64,000 bases of DNA from a virus. This document shows positions 1 to 10,590 of this stretch, piece by piece. The number at the start of each line of letters is the position of its first letter. Within the stretch, counting starts at the first letter, position 1. A model generated the notes under the pieces. The model saw only the letters and a program-made list of their open reading frames with translations. It had not been told where the DNA came from and made no database searches. The stretch is taken from positions 25,629-89,628 of the IMG/VR virus record IMGVR_UViG_3300028920_000056, one strand, 5' to 3'. Both the position numbers and the translations under genes were made by a program.

Positions 1-15
1 AGCATAGTAGTTTTC

Positions 16-264
16 TTGGCAATAATTGGCTTTCTTGGTTCTACACATTGGGGAATATTTGCAGAATTTAGCATGGATGATTTTACACAATTTATTAAAT
101 CATATGCAGGAATATTTATGATGCTTACAGGTATGATTGGGACTGGCGGAGCTGTTAAAAATGGCATTAAAGCTTTAGCAGATTATAAGAAAACTATAGC
201 TGGTGTAGAAGAAACTACTGCTAAAGCAGACGATGGTGAAAGTATAGTAAAGGGAAATAAATAA
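16..264 (+). CDS. putative holin (membrane protein, probably 5'-truncated by the window)
   Basis: Hydrophobic segments (YAGIFMMLTGMIGTGGAV) and a charged C-terminal tail; lies upstream of two N-anchored coiled-coil proteins. Confidence 0.4.
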   Translation: MAIIGFLGSTHWGIFAEFSMDDFTQFIKSYAGIFMMLTGMIGTGGAVKNGIKALADYKKTIAGVEETTAKADDGESIVKGNK

Positions 265-484
265 TGTCAAGTTATCCTTATACATATTATGACATGCCAA
301 TTGATTATCCAGATTTTATAGGGAAAGAAGATATAAGACGCGCTGGTATTGAAGGTGAAAATGATGAAGCACATCTTGTACCTTCTACGCTAAATAATAC
401 AATAGAATTTAGCTCAAACAAATCTGGAAAGAGTAATAATAGTATTTCTGGAATAACAAAAAGTGGGAAGAGGAATAATTTAAT

Positions 485-712
485 ATGAAATCAATAGGAA
501 TAATATTTATCGTTATAGCATTTGTAGCTGGCAGTGGGTTAGTATATATTTTTAACAAATTGAAAAGAAACAAAAAAACTGACGAAGCCAACAGATTAGT
601 TGGAGAAAGTAATGCTAATGACGAACAAAGAGCTAAAATTAAATCAAAAATTGAAGAGCGCATAAAAGAGAATGATAAACTAAGAGAAGAGTTGAAGGAC
701 AAGCTAAAATGA
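485..712 (+). CDS. N-terminal TM + coiled-coil protein (possible spanin-like lysis protein)
   Basis: One TM helix (IGIIFIVIAFVAGSGLVYIF) followed by a K/E-rich coiled coil; ATGA overlap with the next gene. Confidence 0.4.
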   Translation: MKSIGIIFIVIAFVAGSGLVYIFNKLKRNKKTDEANRLVGESNANDEQRAKIKSKIEERIKENDKLREELKDKLK

Positions 713-1200
713 AAAAAATAATAATTGTTTTATTGTTCTTCTTTTCTATGTTTATAGTATATACCGATGACATTTCTGATGCATTAGAAGAAAGCAATAA
801 ATTGTTGTCTGAAGCCAGTATAAAAATTGAGCAGTTAGAAAATCGCATTAAACAACTAGAAGAAGAGTTGCAAGCTAGTAATTCACTTATTGAAAAAGCT
901 GATAAAGCGCTACTTGAAAACAATAAAACGTTAAAAGCAGCAAACGAACGAATTGATAAAGATCAAGAAGAAATTGTTAAATTAAGAAATATGATAGGGG
1001 AATTAATTGATGCTGGTGTAGAGATTACAACTTATCACTGGAATATAATGTTTACTGGTGGATATCCAACAAACACAGGCCTTATGGTAGCATACAATTT
1101 CCACTTTTTTCCATCTATTGGGGTAGTAACTGGATTTACATATAATTGGGATGAGCACAAGCCTCTTATGTTGTTTGGAATCAAGATAAATCTAAAGTAA
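709..1200 (+). CDS. signal peptide/TM + coiled coil + C-terminal amphipathic beta strands (possible spanin-like protein)
   Basis: MKKIIIVLLFFFSMFIVYT leader, heptad repeat, then alternating hydrophobic strands ending LMLFGIKINLK. Confidence 0.4.
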   Translation: MKKIIIVLLFFFSMFIVYTDDISDALEESNKLLSEASIKIEQLENRIKQLEEELQASNSLIEKADKALLENNKTLKAANERIDKDQEEIVKLRNMIGELIDAGVEITTYHWNIMFTGGYPTNTGLMVAYNFHFFPSIGVVTGFTYNWDEHKPLMLFGIKINLK

Positions 1201-1768
1201 TTAGGGAGTACTATAATGAGTGAAAAATTAGACAAAGTACTTAACAATATCTTTGAAGAAAAAAAAGAAAAGAAAAAAGCTAAGACTAACAAAAAGAAAG
1301 ATGGTGCTTTAGGAGATGTGGCTCCTATTGCTCTACAAGTTGGTTTCCCAGAGGTGCAAAAAACTGATATAAAACAAGATTTGAAAGACCAAGAATCTTG
1401 TGACATGCAGATGGAACCTATGGATAAAATAGCAACACAGATACAACACTTATTCATAAGTGGTGACTTTGATCAAGCTAATCAGTTAATCAAACAATAC
1501 AGTATTAGTTATACTAAAGGACAACCTAAGTTTTCTTGGCATCATTTGCAACTATTGATGGATTGGGTACGCAGCATATATAAATATACAAATATGAAAG
1601 ATCTTAGCAAAAACTATTATGATTATCAAATGAAACAAGAAATTGAAGGTGCTAAAGATCTTACTAAAGCAGCAGTAAAAGAAGCGACTATTGATAAGTT
1701 TGTAGAAGATGTTGAAAAAGTTTTAAAGAAAAAACTTAAAGCACATTAATATATTTTAGTGAGTTAAT

Positions 1769-2116
1769 ATGAATAAAACTAAACAAAATCTCATCAATAA
1801 ATTACCAGGTAATGTGAGTTCTAACAAGCGTGACTATAATATTGCATTAGAAAACTATCTTAGAGAAAAGGTTGCAAAATCAACTAAGCAAAGTGAAGCA
1901 CATAACAATAAAATTAAAGAAATAGAAAAGTGGACTTCTCGCAGAACAAAGATAGCAACAAAGAATACACTTAGAGATAAAACATGTGACAAATGTGAGC
2001 ACCATTTATATTGTAAATTAGCAAATAATAAATTCTTTTCATGCTATCTGTTCAAAGCAATTTCATATAAAGGAAAAATTTTATTGCAGCGAGTATATTA
2101 TAGTAAAGACGTTTAA
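1769..2116 (+). CDS. small Cys4 zinc-binding protein with TKxxLRD tag
   Basis: ATKNTLRDKTCDKCEH...C...C, the same pattern as ORFs at 21263, 21687 and 25235-25996. Confidence 0.6.
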   Translation: MNKTKQNLINKLPGNVSSNKRDYNIALENYLREKVAKSTKQSEAHNNKIKEIEKWTSRRTKIATKNTLRDKTCDKCEHHLYCKLANNKFFSCYLFKAISYKGKILLQRVYYSKDV

Positions 2117-2139
2117 TCTTCAAGGAAGGAGTAAATATT

Positions 2140-2601
2140 ATGTCAAAAGACGAAAAAATAAAAATACCTGATCCATTCAAAATAGATATGGATTTTACTT
2201 TATTTGCGGCAATTAAATACAATAGAAGCTTAAAAGACTATAAACATGAGTATGACACAAGAGAATTTACAAATTTTAAAAGATTGTTTAAAGAATTTTT
2301 AAAGAAGTTAAATGAAAACAATCCAACAGCTTTTTCAGATTTATCAACACTGATGTCTATGTGGGGTTATCATAGAAAATATTGTGGTATGTGTGGTAGA
2401 CCTGTCATAGGAAAAGTTTATAGAATGCAAGGTGGAAAGATTGTATGTGTCACATGTTATGGATCTTATAAAATAACTGAAAAGTTATTTGAAAAAGATG
2501 CTGATGAAGAAATAAAAGAAAAAGCAAGTGAAAAAACACTTGAACAAATTGATGTTGAAAATCTTCTTGAAACTAAATCCGAAAATGCAACAACTAAGTA
2601 G
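2140..2601 (+). CDS. zinc-finger protein, function unknown
   Basis: CGMC...CVTC; SD GGAAGGAG upstream. Confidence 0.55.
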   Translation: MSKDEKIKIPDPFKIDMDFTLFAAIKYNRSLKDYKHEYDTREFTNFKRLFKEFLKKLNENNPTAFSDLSTLMSMWGYHRKYCGMCGRPVIGKVYRMQGGKIVCVTCYGSYKITEKLFEKDADEEIKEKASEKTLEQIDVENLLETKSENATTK

Positions 2602-2638
2602 CAAATTCGCATAATTAATTATAAAAGATTATTTAAAA

Positions 2639-3364
2639 ATGGAGGTGTCTCCAATGAAAAAAACTTATCGAGTAGATAAAGTACTTGAAAGGAATTTAAA
2701 TGAACAAGATCCCTTTCCCGAAGAAATAGATGATGAAGAAGATGAAGAACAAAAAAAGGGAAAACAAGAAAAATCTAAACAAGAAAAAGAGAAAGAAAAA
2801 GAACAAAAAGATATAAGCGATGTTGATAAAACTGATATGGAAGATGATGAAGATTCAGAAACAGTAGAAGATGAAGAAGTTGCTGTTTCTATTACAATGA
2901 ATGCAGATGCAGCTAGTGGAGGACAAATTAAACTAGTGCCATTCAAAAAATTAAGTTCGCTAGTTTCTATAGAATCAATTCTTAGGTTGTTCAACATAGA
3001 TCCTGAAAATATTGATGAGGGATTTAAAGACAGATTAGAAATTTCTATCAAATCTCCAATAACAGATTTTAAAGATGAAGAATATATAATTAGATTGATG
3101 GATATGATAGGAGAAATTTCTATACAAAAAGAAGGCTTTAGCAAAACACTAACTAAAAAATCAGCACCTAATACTAATCTTCAGCAAGCAGTTACTCAGC
3201 AAATTGGTACACCTGGAGAAGAAGGATCTGCTGAGATCGGTAGTGAAGAAGAAACTAAACCAGAAAAAGCTATAAATTTAGATTATCTGCCAGATCTGAA
3301 TTATGACTTTAAAAAGTCTGTTAAGAATGAATTCTTTGACAGAATTCTTTCGTCACAACAATAG
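2639..3364 (+). CDS. acidic hypothetical protein (possible head-associated protein)
   Basis: 241-aa D/E-rich ORF; SD GGAGGTG suggests the true start is ATG 2654; AAAGATTA motif upstream. Confidence 0.5.
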   Translation: MEVSPMKKTYRVDKVLERNLNEQDPFPEEIDDEEDEEQKKGKQEKSKQEKEKEKEQKDISDVDKTDMEDDEDSETVEDEEVAVSITMNADAASGGQIKLVPFKKLSSLVSIESILRLFNIDPENIDEGFKDRLEISIKSPITDFKDEEYIIRLMDMIGEISIQKEGFSKTLTKKSAPNTNLQQAVTQQIGTPGEEGSAEIGSEEETKPEKAINLDYLPDLNYDFKKSVKNEFFDRILSSQQ

Positions 3365-4125
3365 TGGCAAAAAATAAAAAGACGCCGAAAGTACCAAAAA
3401 ATTATTATTTTATTGAACATGAGACGGCGCCTTTAATTCTAGAATGGCAGACAATATATTTAACACAGAAAGATTTAGAAAACAAAATAGAAGAAAATGA
3501 CAATGAAAAAGAGTTAGAAAAATTAAGATTAGATTTAAAAAAAGTTATTAAAACATCTAAAGAATACTTAGAAAAAATAATGGAACCAGTTTGTAAAATT
3601 ATCAAAGGAGTAATCTTTCAGCATCAATTTCATAAAAAAGAAAAATATGATACATGCTTTCAAATTGCAGTTGAAGCATGCATGAAAGCATTAAGAAGGT
3701 TTAATCCAGAACAGGGTACTGCTTTTAATTATTTAAGCTTAGCCGCAAAAAAATCTATCTTTTATTATTTGATAAAAAGAAACAAGAAAAAAGCATTATC
3801 TCTAGAATATGAATACTTAGGAGATGATAATTTAAAACTTAAAAATCTAATCAAACAAGAAGAAAAAATCTTAAGAAATTTGGAGATAGAAAATATAATT
3901 GATACAATATTTAATCTGATTTATGAAAATAATCAACAAGAAAGTTTGATTAATGTAACAAAAGAATTAAAAGATTATTTATTTTATCGTCAAGGTATAT
4001 ATGAAAAAAAAGATTTTTTCAAATGGGCAAAAGCAGATGGAATAAGCTCTAATCTTTTGCGTAAATTTGTAAAGTTTTTAAAAGAACATAAAGATGAATT
4101 GTATAAAGAAGTTGGCGTATACTAA
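3364..4125 (+). CDS. phage sigma factor-like protein (sigma70 region 2 / gp55-like)
   Basis: DTCFQIAVEACMKALRRFNPEQGTAFNYLSLAAKKSIFYYL matches the sigma region 2.2-2.4 pattern (FDPxxG-F-xY). Confidence 0.7.
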   Translation: MAKNKKTPKVPKNYYFIEHETAPLILEWQTIYLTQKDLENKIEENDNEKELEKLRLDLKKVIKTSKEYLEKIMEPVCKIIKGVIFQHQFHKKEKYDTCFQIAVEACMKALRRFNPEQGTAFNYLSLAAKKSIFYYLIKRNKKKALSLEYEYLGDDNLKLKNLIKQEEKILRNLEIENIIDTIFNLIYENNQQESLINVTKELKDYLFYRQGIYEKKDFFKWAKADGISSNLLRKFVKFLKEHKDELYKEVGVY

Positions 4126-4407
4126 TCGAAAGCTAACTATATATGAAGAAAGTATATATAAAAAAGAAAGCTGATGATACATTTACAAAATACATTGCCA
4201 TAAGAAAAAGCAAATATGTTCAGAAACAAGGTATTTATAAATTAGTACGAGTTGATAAAGCGCTGATTGGTAAATCATGGGATACTTCTAAATGGGCTAG
4301 AAATATAATAGATAGATTAGATATCTTAGATGATAAAACTACAGATTATATACCAACTTCAAATGAAGCACATGATATAATAAAATCATTATTTGAGGGG
4401 TATAAAG

Positions 4408-5208
4408 ATGAAACTTAATGAATTTTTAAATGAAGCTAGAGGAAGTGGCTCATTCGACTATAGATTTTGGTTTTGGGCAAAAAAAGGCAGCCAATATGGT
4501 TTTGGTTATGCCAGACAAAATATCAAAGTAGACATAGAAAAACTAAATGCTCCTGCAGGAGAAGGTTCATCTGAGTTTGAAAAAATGCTTCATCCAACAG
4601 TACGCCAAGCAGTAGACGCATTAAACCAAATACAAAAAGCAAAAGAAGTAGAACAGAGTGATGAAGAGTATGAAGTAGTTGAAAAGAAAATAAAAGCAAA
4701 TACTAAACGAATACAAGGAGTTGCTGATTTATTTAGCTCACCTATTGTAATACATTGGTTAACAGATGATAAACCAACTCTTGTTACAATACCACATTAT
4801 AAGGATGGTGACGTAACAGATAGCGCTGGAAAACAAATTAAAGTTTTAGAAATCTTCAGAGATCCCGAAACTAGAGAATTTGTAACACACCATATTGATT
4901 GGAGCAAAGTAAATATAAATGATGAAAAGACTGGTGATACTCTAAATACTATTATGAGTAAATTCATACAAACAGTATTTGAAAGCGAGAGCAAAGGTAG
5001 CAAAAGAAAAGTTGCAAGATCAGCAGGACTTGAACAAATGAAAGATTTAAAATTTAAAACTGGTGATGTCGAAGTAATATCTTTTAAATCTGCAGATTAT
5101 AATTTGTTACCAAAAGATCTAATTGGTTCTAAAAAAATTATTGGCAAAATTAATGATATAAAAAAGAATTTTCAGAAGTTATTGCAAAAAGCAAGAGCTG
5201 CATTTTAA
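4408..5208 (+). CDS. putative internal head protein with capsid-targeting-like N-terminus
   Basis: SD GAGGGG then ATG 4408 gives MKLNEFLNE-A, resembling the T4 internal-protein capsid-targeting sequence MKTYQEFIAE. Confidence 0.45.
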   Translation: MKLNEFLNEARGSGSFDYRFWFWAKKGSQYGFGYARQNIKVDIEKLNAPAGEGSSEFEKMLHPTVRQAVDALNQIQKAKEVEQSDEEYEVVEKKIKANTKRIQGVADLFSSPIVIHWLTDDKPTLVTIPHYKDGDVTDSAGKQIKVLEIFRDPETREFVTHHIDWSKVNINDEKTGDTLNTIMSKFIQTVFESESKGSKRKVARSAGLEQMKDLKFKTGDVEVISFKSADYNLLPKDLIGSKKIIGKINDIKKNFQKLLQKARAAF

Positions 5209-5417
5209 ATGAATCGTTTAATGCTTAAGCATCCAAACAAAGACATGTATGCATTCTTTCTAAGCAAACTATATGATAAAGCTATCTTTATGTTTTATAA
5301 CTCTAGAAAGAAAGCAATTTATTATGGTACTGAAGTTGTTAAAGGTGTTTATAAAGAACAAGTAAATGATTGCCTTCTGAGATGAAGCATGAGATTTTTA
5401 AGTGGTATTTTAAATGA
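5209..5417 (+). pseudogene. frameshifted paralog of 5414..5638
   Basis: ATG 5209 to TGA 5417 spans 209 nt; restoring one T near 5370 gives ...VNDLPSEMKHEIFKWYFK*, versus ...VNDLPTEMKHEIFKWYFNK* in the next gene. Could be an assembly error. Confidence 0.6.
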
Positions 5418-6639
5418 ATATTCATAGAATGTATAAAAAACAAGAAGAAGAATCATATGCATTCATTTTAAAAAAAGATGAAAAAAATGCTTATCGCTGG
5501 TTGTTTTATGAGGGGGGAGGGATTTGCTTTTTGAAAAATATGCCAATTCATCCAATTACTAAAGTATATTCAGTAAAAGTGAATGATTTGCCGACTGAAA
5601 TGAAACATGAAATTTTTAAGTGGTACTTTAACAAATAATTATTTTAGGGAGTTAATATGAAAAAAGAATACAGCGCACATGAAAAGAAGATATTGAATCG
5701 TGTAAAAGACAAGATAAAGTTATCAGGCTCGCAGTGGCGTGCTTTATTAGAAGACATGAAAAATGGTGAAATTAAACGCGTTATATGTTTTAAATATAAC
5801 ATTCCACTAAAATATTATAAGTGGGTAAAAAGAATAGTTGGAGAAATGTAACTATGAATACGAAATTAACTGTAAAAAAAAGTGGTGATACTAATTTTGT
5901 ACCAGTGAAATATGCTGTTATAGAAATGGCAATTGGTGCAGACGCTGCTAATACAAATGTTGTAATACAAGTTATGAAACCTGGATTTGATACAGAAGCT
6001 AATTATAATAAATGGAAATCTACTTGGCATGGTGATGAATCTTCATTGGTTGGTAGAGATCCAATTGGAATAGTTGGAACTATTGGTGCTCTTGAAGTTG
6101 TTGCATTAAATACATTAGTTGCTTACACAGTTGCGACACCAAGTATGGATCAATAATGAAATGGTTGGCTTACGTTGGTAAAGATATTCTAAACAATCTA
6201 GAATTAGGGTTTGGTCCAATTTCAAGTTTGCACTCTGGGAATAGATCTGGTCGTTATGAAATTAACATAATACCAAATACTGGTGTATATTATCGTCAGA
6301 ATCGTGTAAAAGTTACAACTAATAGTAGGTCTAATCTTTGGTATGGGATGAAAGACAATAATATTTATGAAGATAAACATAAAGCTTTAGAATATTTGTT
6401 TACGGAATTATTTAAATGAAGAAAGGTGATATAGTATATTCATTTGGTAATACTGATAGAACTGGTAAGCCAGAATCAATCATTATTTCTAAGTTCATAA
6501 AAGAGATTGATAATACTTTTTCAACTGTTATAACATTAAAAATAGTTGGCGAAAAATTACCAAGAATTCCAATTGGTAAAAAGAGAGAAACTATTAGCCA
6601 TGAATTAAAAGATAAATATAAATTGATAAAGTTTTTATT

Positions 6640-7014
6640 TTGGTATCTGGACAGAAAAAAATGAGTAAAGATTTAGAAAAAAAGAATAACAAAGAATTAA
6701 TCTTAATAGATGAAACAGCTCAAAAAGTTATTAATTATTCAGAAGATGATAGACGGAAAGCAGATGATCTATATACTTATTATAAAAGTTTAATTGAAGC
6801 TGGAGATAAAAAAGGTGAGACTAGAGAAGGTCTTGCTAAAGCTTTAGAATTAAGAGAAAAATCAGTACAGAATTTGATAGAAATATTAAAAATAAAAGCT
6901 AAAGTGATAGAAAAGAAAATACTAGCAGAGTCTAGAAAAAATAATCCAATAGATAATTTGAGGAATGTTGGTTCTGATAATAGTAATTTAATTAATGAAA
7001 TAGAGGATATATAA
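6640..7014 (+). CDS. helical protein, possible terminase small subunit
   Basis: All-helical ~120-aa protein shortly upstream of TerL; assignment is positional only. Confidence 0.3.
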   Translation: MVSGQKKMSKDLEKKNNKELILIDETAQKVINYSEDDRRKADDLYTYYKSLIEAGDKKGETREGLAKALELREKSVQNLIEILKIKAKVIEKKILAESRKNNPIDNLRNVGSDNSNLINEIEDI

Positions 7015-7696
7015 TTATTAAAATAGGTGATAAAGACATGGATGATAAAGAAGTCAATGAACTAAAATTTTCAATGTATTCTCAGAGACCAGAATCAGAT
7101 CTTTCAAAAGATTTCTTAGATGAATGTTTGGGAATTTTAGATAATATTGAAGACAGTAAAAACACAGATTGCGTTAATTGGAAAGAAAGAGCAAAAATGG
7201 ATGAGGCCACTAAAAGAAGTGGAAATATGTTATATGATGCTGAAAGTAATTCTGATACTTATAAAATATTAAACAGTGATTATGATGTTGCGTCTAACTC
7301 TAATTCTAAAAAAAGCAAACCAAATGTAAAAGAAGCTAAACCAGCAAATGAAAAAGAAGAAGCTTTAATGAATGGTTTAGCAGATATAATGGGACAAATT
7401 GAAAAATTAGATGAAGCAGAAGTACAGCTTAAAGAATCTAAAAAGAAAGAGGTCAAAAAAGATGGCTAATATCAACTATGATGATTTTGAAGAACAAATA
7501 AAGTTTATCGAAAATGGCAAGCATCTTAATGAATTAGAGATGACTGGTGTTGCAAATGTAAATCCAGCATTGATAACTCGCAAGCAACAATTAGAAAAAA
7601 AGCTAGCTAATTTAGAAAAAGAAAAAGCTAAAGTCACAGATGACTTGGCCGAAGTAGACAAAGCAATTGCTTTAGAGAAAGCTGCTAAAACAACAG

Positions 7697-9610
7697 GTGT
7701 TTAACAAAGATGATATGGATAAAGAAGAAATTCTTGCTAGTTTGCAAAACAAAATCGATGAATATACTCTCCCCGAAAAATTAGAAAACATACCGCTTTC
7801 TGGTGTAATAGTAACAACAAAATATAATGATGGCACAACTGAAAAAGTTGACAAAGTTGCAGAATTTTATTTATGCAAAAAACATTTTGTTTATTTTGCA
7901 GACAGATATGGTTTGTATAAAGATCAGAAAAATAAAAGAATATTTGCATTTAAATTACATGATTTCCAAAGAAATTTAATAGCTCCTGGATTTTTAAATA
8001 ATAGATTTATTATATTTAGAAAAGCTAGACAAGTTGGTATTTCAGTTATTTCTGGAATTTATGCAGTTTGGATATCTAACTTTAATATAGCGCAAGAAAT
8101 TCTTATAGTATCAAAAGGTAAAGCTGATGCGCAAAAGTTCAAAGCAAAAGCAATGCTTACTTATGATGCATTGCCAAATTTTTTAAAATGTAGAGCAACT
8201 AGAGATGGTCAAAATATGACTACTCTCAAATTAACTAATCATTCAGAAATTATAGTACGAGCTCAATCACCAGACTCTGGACGTGGGGGCACTTGGTCTT
8301 TAGTAATATTAGATGAAGCAGCATTCATGCCTTATGCGGAAGAGATATGGGATTCAATATTTCCAGCACTAAGCGAATCTGATGGACAAGCAATTGTAAT
8401 TTCTACAAGTAATGGAGTTGGCAATTGGTATCATAAAAAATGGGTCGAAGCTGAAGAAGAAGAAAATGATTTTTATCCTATTTATATTCCATGGTGGAAA
8501 TTTCCAAATAGAGATAATCCATGGCTTAAAAAAATAGAAATTGGAGATTATAATTGGATTGCTAATGAACTAGGTGAAAAGAAATGTAAAGAAATACGTA
8601 GAAAAATTACAAAAGATGCATTAGAAAGTGGTGAATTTGCTATATATAACAAGAGATTGTTAGAAGCTTTCATTAATGGAAAAGAAGAAGAAGCTCTTTC
8701 ATATGAAGGACCAAGAGAAAATAAACCATGGCTAAAAATACAACATGACAACGCATCTTCAGTTAGAAAATTTAATCAAGAGATTTTAGCTAAATTTTTA
8801 GGATCTGGAAATACTGTAATTTCTGCAAGAGCTCTAGAAAGACTACAAAATCAAACTACAGAGCCTATATATAAAGATCATTTGAATAAAGAAATACCAA
8901 TAAAAGGTTTATATATATTTCAAGAACCACAAGAAGGTATAACGTATACTCTTCTAAGTGATGTCATGTCTGGTTGTGGCACTGATTATAGTACTTTTTT
9001 AGTATTTAGAGATGACACTCTAGAACAAGTTGCTGAATATAAAAATCAATTAGACACAAAAGTATTTTCTAAACACATAAAGCAAGTTGCCGAGCATTAT
9101 CATTATGCTTATGTAGTTATAGAAACAAATCAAGGTATGTCAGTGTTTAATGAATTATTTTTACATGAGACTAAGCCATATTATAATATGTTTTATGAGT
9201 TCAAGAGAAAAGCTTATAGAGGATTACATACTGGACCGGCTAACAAGAAATTGATGATTGATGAATTTATGTATTGTTTGGACAATAATATTATTAAAAT
9301 ATATGGCAAAAGAACTTTAGGAGAGTTAGAAGTATATATATGGGATGACAAAGGTAGACCAAAAGCTTCTAAAGGATATAATGATGACTTAGTACTTCCT
9401 ATAATGTTTTTGGCTTATCTTTTAAAATATGGCAATCAAAAAATGCAAGGGTTGGGTTTTGCAACATCAGATCAGACTATTGGGAAAGAGAAAGATTGGG
9501 ATTTAGATGAAAAAGAAGAAGAAAAATATAGAAGAGAACAATATGCCATTGAAAGAGTAAAAGATAATTATGGAGTAGATTGGGAAACATATAAGGAGCT
9601 TATAAAATAA
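7697..9610 (+). CDS. terL: terminase large subunit (T4 gp17-like)
   Basis: Walker A RKARQVGIS, Walker B LVILDEAAF, coupling motif ISTSNG, RNase H-like nuclease residues (LLSDV...TDYS, YNDDLV). Confidence 0.95.
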   Translation: MFNKDDMDKEEILASLQNKIDEYTLPEKLENIPLSGVIVTTKYNDGTTEKVDKVAEFYLCKKHFVYFADRYGLYKDQKNKRIFAFKLHDFQRNLIAPGFLNNRFIIFRKARQVGISVISGIYAVWISNFNIAQEILIVSKGKADAQKFKAKAMLTYDALPNFLKCRATRDGQNMTTLKLTNHSEIIVRAQSPDSGRGGTWSLVILDEAAFMPYAEEIWDSIFPALSESDGQAIVISTSNGVGNWYHKKWVEAEEEENDFYPIYIPWWKFPNRDNPWLKKIEIGDYNWIANELGEKKCKEIRRKITKDALESGEFAIYNKRLLEAFINGKEEEALSYEGPRENKPWLKIQHDNASSVRKFNQEILAKFLGSGNTVISARALERLQNQTTEPIYKDHLNKEIPIKGLYIFQEPQEGITYTLLSDVMSGCGTDYSTFLVFRDDTLEQVAEYKNQLDTKVFSKHIKQVAEHYHYAYVVIETNQGMSVFNELFLHETKPYYNMFYEFKRKAYRGLHTGPANKKLMIDEFMYCLDNNIIKIYGKRTLGELEVYIWDDKGRPKASKGYNDDLVLPIMFLAYLLKYGNQKMQGLGFATSDQTIGKEKDWDLDEKEEEKYRREQYAIERVKDNYGVDWETYKELIK

Positions 9611-10245
9611 AATGTTTGCTTGGAAAGATATAAAATTAAAAACTATTGACTCTAAACGTGGTTATTATAAAGCTTCTTTTGAATCGTTTGAACTTGTAGC
9701 ATTTAGTAGTAGGTGGATGAATAGAATTTGGTGGGAGTTGAGATTACAAATAAAAGATAAAAAATTTAATGTACCCCATAAAACTATATATCCCAGAGAA
9801 AAAGGATTCAGAGATTCTATAGCAAAATATTTTAATAATCAACCTGATAAGATAATACGCCACATTTTCGGTGAAGAAAGTCAAGATAAATAATAATACT
9901 TAAGGAGAACACTATGGCTGAGAAAATGACATTACACAGTTTCTTCAAAAATTTAAATTATTCAATCAATGAAGAGACAAAGAATTATTTGAACAACTTA
10001 AGTGAAGTCAATCTCAAACTTTTGATCAAAAGAATATATGAGAACAATGATCTTATAAAGAATGAATTGAATAGACAAGTAAAATTGACTAAATTTAAAA
10101 CAGTTCAAGATGTAGTTACAAATCTTAATTGCGAAGAAACTCTTGGTTTCATTAGTTGGATGAGTGAGAATATTTTTGGAGCAAATCAAGCTATTGAAGA
10201 AGAATTAGAAAAAATACTTACTAAATAATAAATATTGGGGATAAT

Positions 10246-10590
10246 ATGCATTTAAATCACAAAGAAAAAGTCGCTTATAGACATACTAAAGTATGGAAAG
10301 AAAAGCGACTAGCTGTGTTGAAGCGAGATGGTAACATTTGCCAATTATGTAATAGGAAATTAAGTTCAAAAAAATTACATGTCCACCATATAGATGAGGA
10401 TAAATACAAAGACATTGATGAGATTGAATATTTAGTAACTTTATGTAAAGCTTGTCATCGTCAATTTATCGAAAGATGGATAGTAAAATTAAGAAGTAAA
10501 TCATATAAACCAAATAAATATACTTTGCTTATTGAGCAAATAGTTAAAGAGTTTACGGTTGAATTAGATAGAGAGAAAACAAATGGCTAG
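10246..10590 (+). CDS. free-standing HNH endonuclease
   Basis: RDGNICQLC...LHVHHID...LVTLCKACH. Confidence 0.85.
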   Translation: MHLNHKEKVAYRHTKVWKEKRLAVLKRDGNICQLCNRKLSSKKLHVHHIDEDKYKDIDEIEYLVTLCKACHRQFIERWIVKLRSKSYKPNKYTLLIEQIVKEFTVELDREKTNG

